A DNA stretch of 64,000 bases, taken from the NCBI GenBank assembly GCA_001949185.1, contig BDGG01000011.1:703552-767551 (forward strand), given 5' to 3'. The notes below the pieces were generated by a model. That model had not been told where the DNA came from and did not search any database. It was given only the letters and a program-made list of their open reading frames with translations. Shown piece by piece: positions 1 through 11,700 of this stretch (position 1 is its first letter; every line of letters begins with the position of its first letter). The DNA is from Ramazzottius varieornatus (Eukaryota; Animalia; Tardigrada). Both the position numbers and the translations under genes were made by a program.

Positions 1-418
1 GCTCATCTGCCCGCCGCCTTAGCCAAAGCTCTAGACTATCAAGTCCGAGGCTTGACCAGCTAGGTTAGTCCTCCAGCTTTGGACCTCTTGTCCAGTCGCG
101 TCTTGAGGTACCTCCGATGCGGAGTAGAACGACTGTCTGCCTTACATCGACACACTCAACCTTGTCTTGCTATCAGTCTGCATCCTCTGATATCTCCTTC
201 AATCCCTCTGGATTATCCAATGTCTCAGCGCTACGTCTGTCTACAACAGAATGACCACACTCTCTGACGGATAGAAAGTCTTGTGGTGATCCTTCTCCTG
301 TCGTCATTCAAAGGCCCTTTTGTCTCCAGTTGTGTGCCTTCTTGGAGGACTCTTGTTGGGGCTCATAGGCCACACAACCCTACCCCCACAAGTCCGCCCA
401 GTGTTTTCTGTTGGAAGA

Positions 419-2125
419 ATGAAGCGCCGGTCGAGGGATAACCTGTTGGTATCGGTGGCGCTGCTGCTGACGTTGAGCTCCTTACTTCCCTTGTCGGAAG
501 GTGCTAGTCTGCTGAATGCTCTGGGCTCCAAAGAGTCTTTCCTCCTTCGCCTGTTGTATGGACCATCGTGGGCAGCCCTGACACATCTGCACAGCTTCCG
601 CATGAACTTTGTGGGCTTTCAGTGCGACAAAACGGAGGACTGCATAACTGGCCATTGTGCCGACGATGGCAAGAATGTCAAACGTTGTGTCTGTGCGCCG
701 GACGAGGTCGACCATCCCGTGGCCGTCATACGCGGCGTCCAGTTTGAATGGAAAATCTGCCTTAAAAGTAAGATTGGTTGGAAAGTCGGTCGAAACAACC
801 CGACCAAAACGTCTTCCCCAAGTGGCGCACGATTCCAGTCTTTTTGGTCGAAACCATGCGCCACTTGCAATAAAGTTTTTATCGAGTTGTTCCAAGTGGC
901 GCACGGTTCTAAATTATTGATCTGGAGCGTGCGTCACCTGGGGAAACAATCGTGTGGATGCTTTCTCAGGTGGCGCAGGCTGTCGGTCTCGTTGAACGAA
1001 AGTCTGTGCCACTTGGGACACAAATCTCCTTGAGCCCCGCCTGAAGGAATACGTCCCTTTCTTATCCTTCGCTGCTAACCATGGCTTTTCCCCATTTTGT
1101 AGAGCGTTCGTACGGACAAAAGTGTCTGGTAGACAAGCAGTGCTCGGCGAAGGCCGGCAACAGTTTCTGTGAGGGCGTGTCGGCGGCCAGTGCCGGACAG
1201 TGCGTCTGCGAGGATTACTTCAAGCCCATCAACATCAACGGAGTCCTGGCTTGTACACCCGGTAAGTGGACGACTATTACACCCGCCATTTCACGCTCTT
1301 GACACCGATTACAATACCAAGTGCTATAATATGTACAAGCTGGCTCAACTGGATCTCTTGACAGATCGCTTAGGCGGGCAGTGTGCTCAGGATGACGATT
1401 GCTCGGCAATTAAAATATTGAGCGACGAGGGAAGAGTTATTAACGTGCCAACCATCCATTCAGTCTGCCAACGCCCCGACAATGGGACGGACCAGAGCAC
1501 CCGCTGTACGTGTCCGCCGGGCTTCGAGAACTCCACAGACGGACTGGCCTGCCAAGGTAATTAAAACATACAATCTCACAAGACCCCACGGCCTTTGCTC
1601 TAACCTCCTTCTCATCCAGATATCAACGAGTGTGCTTCGCAATATCCGGACGGACCGTGTGCGGTGAATGGGCGAGACAACCCAGCGGTCCTGTGCGTCA
1701 ACCGACCTGGGTCCTACGAGTGTAAATGCCAGTACAAATTCGGTATCCAGAATGGTAATGGCGATCACGGCATTTGTAAGTGGGACGAGTACAACATCCT
1801 GTCCAACTTACAGCACAGAAGCCAATTTCAGGTCTTTCTTATCAAAACAGGTTGCGAAGCGGGCTTCTTTCCCTGCCGTTCGGGATCGCGGTGCTTCCGG
1901 CTAGAAGAGTTCTGTAATGGTGTGCCCGACTGTTTGGACGATTGTTCAGATGAGAAAATGTACTTTTGCAATTTCAACGACGTCTATCCGGCACCGGACT
2001 ACAGACTCTACCCTCAGTGAGTCGCTCCCCAATATATTCAAAATTGGCGCAAAGTTCTGAACTTGCTCTTTCGCAGGTGTTTGTTGGACAATGTCGCTCC
2101 ATTTACTTCAAACATCAGACAATAA
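419..2125 (+). CDS. Secreted cysteine-rich protein with EB/EGF-like modules, a calcium-binding EGF domain and an LDL-receptor class A domain (about 6 exons)
   Basis: ATG at 419 precedes a hydrophobic signal (LLVSVALLLTLSSLL). GT-AG spliced exons at ~419-767, 1103-1261, 1365-1556, 1620-1774, 1851-2015, 2077-2125. EGF_CA signature DINEC...CVNRPGSYECKC and LDLa signature CEAGFFPCRSGSRC...FCNGVPDCLDDCSDE. Confidence 0.75.
795..1030. repeat. Three-unit palindromic array in intron 1 of the EGF/LDLa gene
   Basis: Left arms at ~819, ~893 and ~967 (74-bp period), each followed by an inverted arm. Confidence 0.9.
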
Positions 2126-2344
2126 CGTTTGCTTGATCAGCTCTTTCAGAAGGCAAACGGAGTTTGTGATGAGAGGAGAAATCTTATGCATGGAGATCAA
2201 GTTTTTTTATCCCATCGCTCGGAATTTGAGCGAGCAGCGCTTGTGATCGCATGGCTTCATGGGCTGGTTTCTTCATCGAATAACCAGTGGGCAGGATCAA
2301 ATCATTCATCGCGATGTCTTATGTACGCTGCCTGCGTGTATTGC

Positions 2345-5062
2345 TCAAAGTCGTTTCTGCTTTTGTCTTTTTGCCGTAATGCCCATACCAGTAAAAGTAA
2401 TCAACATCTGAGTCCACGGAGTTACGAGTCTACCCAGTTGGCCTTTGGTTCTTGTCCAATCCAGATCCTTTAGTACCATTCCGACACCTCCTGCAAACGC
2501 CATAGCCACACCAGCAAGCTCCACGCTCGAGGCTTGTCGACCAGCGAAAACTCTCTCCCACCCTAAAAATAACTTGCACATTACACAGTCCTGGCTTATT
2601 AGCCAGCAGTAGGAGCTCGGCACACAAACTCGACAACACTGTATCGCAAATGGCGCGCATGTTCACTGTTATTAGCTGGAAGAGTGCGCCACTTGGGCAA
2701 GGAATAGTGTTGAGTTTTTCCAAGCGGCGCACGTCTTCAGCGCTATTTACCAGATGAGTGTGCCACTAGGAAGAAAGATATCGACGAGTTTCTTTGCTTA
2801 GCCTCCCACTTAATTACAGCCCGTTCCAGCCAAGTTGTCCCTCGCGAATTTTCACTACTGTTTCAAAAATTTAGATCCATGCGTTTCGCCCCATCCCAAC
2901 CCGTTTTCAACACTTCGACTTGTGCTCTGTATGATACAATTGGTTTGAGAGCATTCATGTAGAAGACCACTTTGAAAACCCATCTTGAAACAAGGTCGTT
3001 TTGACACGTCCACTCTGCTTGTTGCCGTAGAATAAAAATCTCAGTTCTCACTCCGTCAAAACAACAAAATTTCGTGTTCGCAGGTTGAAAACAGATTGTC
3101 GTAACAGTGCTTTCAAAGAAAAGTTCTCGTTAGGAATTCGAAAATGACGCGAGATGTCAAATTAAGAATTAGAATTGAAGTGTCACCCCAACCAACTGGC
3201 GCGCATGTTTTTGCGACAGGCAGAAAAACAGATGTGGGACTCTTCTAACCCACGATAGCTTTTCGGCCTTTCTTGTTGTCAAACGGTTCCAAATTGCCGA
3301 AGTAACGACAAAAATGTTTGACACAGGCAGAAACATTATTTGGTCAGAAGAAGCAAATTTCCGATCGAACGGGGACAACTTGGCTGGAACGGACTGAAGT
3401 TTCTGCAAAAACTTCCATAAAACTATCGTTATCTTACAATAGGCGCTTGGAATGATTAGAAGCATGTGGAGAGACGTGAAGGCTTGGGGTAGATGCACTA
3501 CTGCCGCGTTGACGATCGAGATCACCGCTAAAATATACAGATTTTCCTTCCGCGCCTTTTTGTTCTCTAAAAAAATAGTTTCGGTTCTTACACATTGCCA
3601 TTGTGGATGTAGTGATAAGTTGGCCCCATGGTAGACTGCGAACATCCCAGTATTCAATTCCTGTCCACTTGAGGTACATGACAAGTGGCCACATCAAGAG
3701 CACCATAAGGGAGGCAGCCAGCGAGACGTAGAAGTAAAGTCCAGCCAAACCGCCTCTTCCTCTAAATTTAGCTCTGAACGCTACCTGAACGAAACATTTC
3801 ACATTTCTCATTTCTAAAGAGAACTGGGGAAACCGCAAGTCTTACCTGCAGCGACGCAGTGAAAAGTCCACCAACTAGCATGACTAGAGCTTCCCGCCAG
3901 CGTGGGTTCATGTTTATCTCGACTAGGCAGAGCAAGGAGACTCCGGCGAGGTTAAGGATGGCGGGTGTCGGCAGCTGCAACAATGCAGCACTCCTACATG
4001 TACCGTTACCTAATGCTCCTAGTTTTGGTATTCGGGAGCACAGCAAACAGTCTTGGCACTATCGCTTTTTCAAATGGGCCACCATTTCACCCAATGAACA
4101 CTGAGGCGTGCGCCACTGGGGAAACTATCTCATGGAGTCTTTCAAGTGGTGCACGCTGCCGAGTAGTAACACTGGAAAATTGCGCCACTGGCGAGAATAA
4201 TATTGCATCGTTTGTTCGCGTTGTTCTGATTTACCTTGGCGCTTGAAAGACCGTTGCCAAAGACAAGAGTCGAAATAAGGTAGAGGAGAGGGATGCTGAT
4301 GGTAGAAAGGGCAGCGAGGACCCCGGGTTCCCGAGCAGCAAACATGGGGAGGAAGCTGAGCCACTGTGACCCGATCATCAAGGATACGCAGAATATCATG
4401 TCGCGCCAAAACTTCCTCGTGGGTCCTTGTGAGTCTCCATACAATTTCTCACCGTCTCTACGAGTATACCATGTTACAGACTTCGCCGAAGAAAGAAGCG
4501 CACGAGACGGATGGTTATTACCGTATTACGGCAGACAACGAGTCGCCTGCAGAAGCTTTATCGCCGCCAGGGAAAACTTTCCACCTCAAGAGGGCGTAAA
4601 TTGGGAAAACGAAAGCACGGAAGAGGCAACGGAACCATATGACGAAAGCTGGTGCGTAAAATGTTGGCGTAGCGGAACGCTTGACAACGTTGAAAAGGAA
4701 CCCTTGAAAGAGTGCGACAGAGACGGTGTAAACGCAACCGATCCCAAATTTCCAGGAACTCAGACTTTCCGTTTGCGGCTTCCTCCGACCTGTACAGGTA
4801 GATTTTTTCCGAGACGTGTCATTTATTTGACTGCATATGCATGCAACTGGGTAGCCTGCATACCTTCCTTGTTAAATATCGGTTTGTCAGAGCGTTTAAC
4901 GGGTTTCTCTTCCGACGTCGTAGATCTGCAAAAATGCATCACACAAACCCGCACAGTAGTGTCAGAGTCTTTACAGTGGACCAGCTACTTTATAGGCGAC
5001 AAGCACGCATGTTCTCACCTGTTGAGCTTTTTCGATCCTTTTCGCGAGTTTGGCATTTCCAT
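2345..5062 (-). CDS. SLC35F3/F4-like drug/metabolite (DMT/EamA) superfamily transporter, multi-exon
   Basis: Spliced minus-strand exons encode many TM helices. TFYAPAFVIWFRCLFRAFVFPIY and LMWPLVMYLKWTGIEYWDVRSLPWGQL resemble SLC35F3/F4 segments. Start inferred at MEMPNSRK (5062); stop at 2345. Confidence 0.7.
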
Positions 5063-5581
5063 GCCGGCTAGGCGCGGTCCGTTCCTCAAACGCGGTGTTT
5101 CAAGTGGATAATGTCATGGCGCACCTTCCCGATACTTTGCAAATGGTGGTGCCGCGATATTTGTCCAAGAACGGAGCGACAAGCTCTGCAAATATGGAGT
5201 CACTCTATTTAGACCTGCACCTCATGGCACATGCTTTCCTACTGTAAATCGTACTGTTGCGCATTACATCAGAAATTCATTGCTGGATTAACGACTTTAG
5301 AAATGACTGTCTGATTACGGATATGCTAACGTGCTCTCGAAATCGACTCACCTAGTTTGCCTCTAGGCGGCGCCAGCATGCTTTCTAACAGCTGTAGCCT
5401 GTTCGGCTTTTGTATCTCGAACTTTCATGATAACGATCCGTACCAAGAAACCGGTATTTGCAGCTTTATCTCCTGGTCTAATTTCTCAAGCTTTTTCTTC
5501 GGAAATTTTTGGCAGCTATATCTTATTTTAAGGCTGCTCAAATGTATCGACGCGTGATGGTGGATCTTGTTTTCTTAAAAG

Positions 5582-8133
5582 ATGCGTTATGAGGGTTTTC
5601 GGATAATTTTTCTTTGCATCTGCTTTTCGTTTGTGGTCGGGAAACCACCTTTGCAACTACCGAATATTGCCGTTGTTCTCGCGGATGACACAGTAAGGGA
5701 AACTTTTGCGAAAAAACACAGGTGGTGGTCCTGCAGCACACTATTTGACTTTCAAAGTGGCGCACACTTCTAGCCAGTAACTTTGAGCGCGTGCGCCACT
5801 CTGAAGACCCATCTTGTCGAGTTTTCCAAATGGCGCACGCTGTTAGCAATTGAAAGAGCTTGGGGAATTGACTTGGTCGAATTTTTTTCCGTGCTCCCAT
5901 TTGTATAATAATGGTACAGGGACATGCGGACATTGGCTATTCGGAAGGGAACCTGCAAGCATCCACCGGCTTTATTAACAAGTTGGCTTACGATGGCGTC
6001 ATTCTGGACTCGATGTATACCAACCCAATCTGCTCTCCCAGGTATCACGCGAACATGCCAAACCCTTAGCCTCACAATCAAAACTACGCACTTTATATTA
6101 TTATTATTATCATGTACCTCTTGTACAGCCGCGCCGCACTTCTTACCGGAAAGGACACCATCCACACCGGCATGCAAACGGATGCCATAGGTCCCGGACA
6201 GCCATGGGGTCTTCCTACTCACTTCAAGCTCCTGCCACAGTTCCTCAAAGACCTCGGGTACTACACGGCCCTTCTCGGAAAGGTACTGCCATCTGACCAT
6301 AGAGCAACCAGTTCACCGTCTCTGTTTTTCCGGATATCCAAGCATCAGTATGCGTTCGTATGCATTTGCAGTGGCATCTTGGATCGTTTACTCGCGCGCA
6401 CTGGCCCAGTATGTTTGCCTTTCTTCGCGTCCCGCCAAAAACAGGCAACTATAACAATGTTGCCGTTATTCTTATTTTATTTTTGGCCACGTGATGTACA
6501 ATGTGTAAGGATTACCGTGAGTCTTTCCAGTTGGGTGCGCGGGGAGCCAACAACGAATTTCAGCATGGCCGAGATTTCTACGAAAACGGAAGGAAGATTC
6601 CTGCCGACGTCACGAAAAACCACTTCCTCCCCGATCTGCTTGTTGAGAAAGCCGAACAGCTCATTCGCAATGCCGATCTAACAAGACCCTTTTACCTGCA
6701 GTTTGCGACGCCGCTCACCAGACTTTTCGACGATTACGGCAAAGGCGTCCAATACTCCATGTCCCGGTATTTGCAGAGAGCGCCGCTGAAATTCCTAAAC
6801 GACAGATGGCACAAGCGGAAACTGCAACTGGGTAAATTCAGTGTTCTTTGCATGATAGAATTTAATGTTGAACAACCGGCCACCTGGGAGGCCAGTAACG
6901 AAATGTACAAGCCAGTTATGTCAAGTGGCGCACGATTACAGCACATAGCATCAGGAACGTGCGTCGCTTGTGCGAATAATCTGATCGAGTTTTCCAAGTG
7001 GCGCATGCTAACAGTCAATGACACTAGAAACGTGCGCCACTTGAGATATCGTTCTTCCACGTTTGAGTTGCCGACCTCTCATTTACAGTAGAAAGGAAAA
7101 GTGTTTTGGAATTCCAGCCGCTCTGGTCACCTTGGACGATCACGTGAGACGCATCTACGAAGCCTTGTTACACAAGGGACCTGCTGTGCTGAGTAATACC
7201 ATCATTCTTTTTATGAACGACAATGGCGGTTCAGACATGACTGCTCCAAACAAAAACCACGTAAGACTACCATCCACTCAGTAATCTTTGCCGTTCCCAA
7301 CGTACAACACCCAACCTGCGGTAAATTTAAAGGTGAATCAGGCCAGCAATGGGCCGCTGCGGATGGGGAAACTGAGCTTGTTCGGAGGCGGTGTGCGAGT
7401 TCCCTGTTCCTTTGGTCCAACTTACTGAACAAACGTGGGTACATTGGCAAGCGTCTCATACATATGAGCGACTGGCTCCCCACGTTGTACGAAGCCGCTG
7501 GTGACCCCCGCGGTGATTTACGTCTTTTCAACGTCACTGGGCTCAGCCACTGGTCCAACTTCCAGGAAGGAACGGACCACCCAGTCCGCACAGAGCTCCT
7601 CAACAACATCGATCCCCTCAGTAATGTTTACGCCATGATTGACCAACAGCAGGGCAGAACGTACAAGTTAATTGGCGGGAACACGTACGGTCGAACCATT
7701 CCAACGTGGTAAGCACCGTAAATCATTGTGGGCAATATCATTGTAAGCTCGCTGTAGCTCTTAATCCCTCCAAGGCAACGTACTGAAGGGACTAGCGAGA
7801 AGAATCCTATGAAGAAATGGACGCCAACCTCAGTTGAGTGCCTGCACACTCCGGGAATCGAGACAACAGCCTGCATACCGTGGGTCGCCAATTGTCTCTA
7901 CGACTTGACCGCAGACCCATGCGAGCAGGCAAACATAGCTGCTATTGCTCCCTGGATCCTTTATCGGATGGAAAGGAAGCTGGCGGCGTACAACCAGACT
8001 GCGGTTTGCCCCGGAATTCAGGGTTTACGACCCGGCATCTGCGCCAGACAAGTGGGGTGGCTGGTGGGTACCTTGGCGTGATCCTGACCCTCATTTGGAC
8101 GAAGTACCTTATCGGCCTTTCGAGTCTCCGTAA
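5582..8133 (+). CDS. Arylsulfatase B/I/J-like sulfatase, multi-exon; possibly damaged (apparent +1 frameshift near 8005)
   Basis: Signal peptide, then PNIAVVLADD|GHADIG, the sulfatase signature CSPS|RAALLTG split by an intron, LKDLGYYTALLGK|WHLG, NTIILFMNDNGG, WPLRMGK..LFGG, HMSDWLPTL, CLYDLTADPCEQAN and a C-terminal DP...WGGWWVPW. Confidence 0.85.
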
Positions 8134-8221
8134 ATCGTACTCAACCGGTTCCTACCACCAAAATGCTGCGCATTGGCCTGTCGATGTATCCATATAGCTT
8201 TCTTCTGTGATAAGTTTGATC

Positions 8222-8378
8222 GTAACGATCCCAAGTGGCGCACGTTTCTGGTGCTGTAGGCTGGCGGGGCGCGCCACTTGGGAAAACGATCTTGTCGAGT
8301 GTTCCCAAGTAGCGCACACTCTCAGTATTACTGGCTAACAGCACGCGCCGCTGGGAAACCGATCTTGTAGAATTTGCG
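8222..8378. repeat. Two-unit palindromic array between the convergent sulfatase and cwo 3' ends
   Basis: Exact 12+25+12+25 geometry: CAAGTGGCGCAC-25-GCGCGCCACTTG-GGAAAACGATCTTGTCGAGTGTTCC-CAAGTAGCGCAC. Confidence 0.9.
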
Positions 8379-8788
8379 TGTCAACTTCCGATACCGTCGG
8401 CACAGATGTCTTTTCGCACTCAACAATGTTCGACTATACAAAGTGAAGGTAGAAGCCCACACTATGAGGATAAGACATGTCAAATGGTTTCGAATCGGAA
8501 ATAAATACAAGGTTTGAACATTGGGGATGTGGAAAAGCAACTTGTAGCAGGTGGCGCTGAATCAATAACGGTACTGTATGTAGTGTATTAAGAGTCAAAA
8601 ACTATGTACAGCTTGGTGCAGAGACAAAGGACAAGACGCTAAACTCAACCCGGAGACAAATCTAGAAAAACCAGAACACGAGAAACAAACAGAAAAGAAA
8701 AAGAGGAAACTTTGATATATCAGGAAAGATCGCTCAGTGTTGCACCGGTGTTGCATCTTTTGGCATTACGACGTCACACACTCTGGCT

Positions 8789-11700
8789 TCATGAACGCGA
8801 ATGGGACTGTGACAGGTTTAGTACGTGTGACGAAGTGGCCGATGCCGGTGCGGTGGAGGAGGTAGCGCTGCTAGGCGGCCCATGTATGATGGTCATCGGT
8901 CCGGCAATGACTGGTCCGCCATAGCCGTAATGCAGACCGTGATGGTGGGTGGTGTGGCCGTCTCGGGAGGAACTAGCGGCGATATTGAGGGAAGCCCGAC
9001 GTGGCATCAGGATGGCGTGACCACCGTTCATGTTGTTATGCACTTGGATATTACCTGCGGTTAGATTGGGGCCGGACATGGTGGTGTGGTAGGGCTGTAA
9101 CAGCGTGCTGCCACCATTACCACCCGCCACCGAAGTCGTGAAGGGTAAGACTGAGGGAAGAAGCAGCGCCGGCTGACCTGCTGCTGGCGACTGTTGGGCG
9201 TGGAAGAGAGGTCGCGGGAAAATGCTGGCCGGAGTCAGAGCAGAAGGAACTGTCAAGGTATTGCCGGAAGCGGCGCGCGTGCTGGCGCTGGCCGAGAAGT
9301 TGACGTTGATCGTTACTGGGTGACAGATGGCTGGCCCGCCTGTGAACGACATACTCGGTGGAACACCCGGCTTGATGTACTGAGAAGTTGTAAGATGGCG
9401 GCGCACGTTTCCGAAGTTTTCGGATGGAAGCCTGCGCCACTTGGGAAGAACAAACCTGTGGAGTTTACCCCGGTGGCGCAGTTTATCGGAGTTATTGGCT
9501 AGAAGCGTGCGCCACTGGAAAGAAGGATTTCGGACGTACCTTTGGTTGACTCTTGGTCAAACTCGATGAGGTGGACGTTGATGGAGGAAGGAACGTAGTA
9601 CGCGCCGGAGGAATGGAGAGCAAAGATAGGAACGGTGCCGGCCATCGGGGCTAAACCGGTAACGGGTGCCGGCTCGGAAGCCCGACGTTTGTGGCTGGCA
9701 CCAGCCGGCAGGGACTCGAAGGACCCTCCCATGTCGGAACAATCGTTGGAGCCGGAAGAGCGCGAGTCGGGACGACGCTTACCCATCAAACCACCGCGAC
9801 CCGTTTCCGAGTCGACTTCCACCTTGATGAAGTCTGGGTCGCAGCTGCCTCGTCGCACATCCGTGGCGAATCGTTCCTACAACAGACGGCAAGTTTATTC
9901 CGAGTCTGGCAGCAGATAAAGATTAGAATTCAGTCCGGAGCCAAGAGTCATTTATGTTCGTTTCTGCAAGAGCAGCCTGTCAAGTTTGTGCCCGGCACGG
10001 CTTTGACACGCATCGAATGGTTCTTAGGAAATGGCGGAAATTACGCCTTGACCTTGACAGGCAATTCTCGTAGGAAAAGGGCAGAATTCACTGGACCGCC
10101 GTGAAACTTCTCACCACCAATATTACCGACTCGATCGGAATTACCTTGATGGTACGCTTGAAGCTGTACGAGTTGGTGCTGGGGCTGGTGGAATCGCTCA
10201 GGTCTTTGGTGGAAGTAGAGATGGGTGATACATCACCGCTATCGAACATGGGCAACGTGGCTTCCGGCTCGGGAGTGATGGCTGTTTGGCCCTTGGTGTC
10301 GCTACTGGGACCACCATTGACCGGACGATAGTTTCTGCTCCAAGTATTGAAAGGACTCTGTAGCATTTCCCGCAGTTGACTGGACGAATGTGCGTCACCA
10401 GCGTGGAGTGTACTGGCACTGCCCGGTGTAGAGTTGGGGCTGTTGCAGCTATTGTGACTGCTGGTGCCGCTCTGCTGCAGCTCGGCTTCCGAATCGTAGT
10501 CGCTGGTAATGCGAATACCACCAATGTCCGACTGTGACAGGGCGCGCCCTCGATGACCACTGTTCTTGGGGGAAACAACCTGTCGGCTGCCTTCCTTGTC
10601 ATGCTGACGTCCTTCTTGCTCTTTTCGCAGTGTCGAACGGGACTCACTTTCTAGCGACCTGTCTCGCATGTGCTTCAGCGGGTTCAGTAGATCTCGCGGT
10701 AGGTGTTCTCGTAAATCTGCAAACAGCAAACGATGATTACAAAAAAGAATCCCAGCGGAATTTAGGCACACAAATCAAATCAGTTTTTTCAAGTGGCGCA
10801 CGCGTTTCGCTAACCGTAACGAAACCATGCGCCAGTTGGGACAGCAAAATTGCTGAGCTTTCAAATCGCGCACCCATTCGGCAAATAACATTGAGTACGT
10901 GCGCCACTTGATAGAAACGATCTTGTCAAGCCCGAGTGGCGTACGCTAACCGCTAATTGCACTGCTGACGTGCGCCACTTAGGAAGAACAATTACTCAAG
11001 AATCTATTGGTGTTCTGCTGTATACTTACCGATATCATGGCCCATTCGATCGATGGTATTCTGTGTATGGTTAATGAGACGCGCACAGATGCCTTCGCCG
11101 GCAAAAAACCCTTCGACATCGACCAAGTACTGTAGCACCTCGACAAAGCAGTCCTTGTAGCCGTCGGCATAGCTGCGACTAGTACTATGCTGCGTGGGAT
11201 CCTTCAAGTCCTGTTCGCCTTGTGGACTGTCGGGCGGACTCAGCTGCTCCACATCTATAAGCAGATCGAAACAAGTTTACTCTTTGGAAAGTTCTTTTTT
11301 CGAGAGGATAACTTGCTTTGGTATCGAAGAGGTAGCTTGCTCTGGATGTAGCGAATATGCTTGATGGCCATCTCGATAATTTCGGTCTTTTCGATCCTGC
11401 CACGCCCTTGCTGCAACAGTGCATAAAAACATCAGCCCCTTCTGGCCAACTCATCTCAGAATTAACTACGCCCATACCTTTCGAAGATACGAAGCAGGAA
11501 TGAGCCGACTAAGGTCTGCGAGACAGTTATTCATGCGGTCCCGGCGCCGTTTCTCGATTATGCGATGCGACATGGGATCCTGCAACATCGAAAAGCAGAA
11601 CGTTATTATCAATGATCCCAGGTTACTGATAGAATCCGCTACTCTAAGATACACTTGACACTGTACAACTATATCTGCGCCAGGCTGCGGCAGCCGGATA

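Noticed and set aside
795-1030. CRISPR array interpretation of the regularly spaced palindromic repeats
   Set aside because: Spacers are homologous to one another rather than unique, arms alternate in orientation, arrays have only 1-3 units, no cas genes are present, and the context is spliceosomal introns of an animal genome.
4293-5111. 272-aa plus-strand ORF
   Set aside because: Antisense to the SLC35F-like exons with no recognisable domain; shadow ORF.
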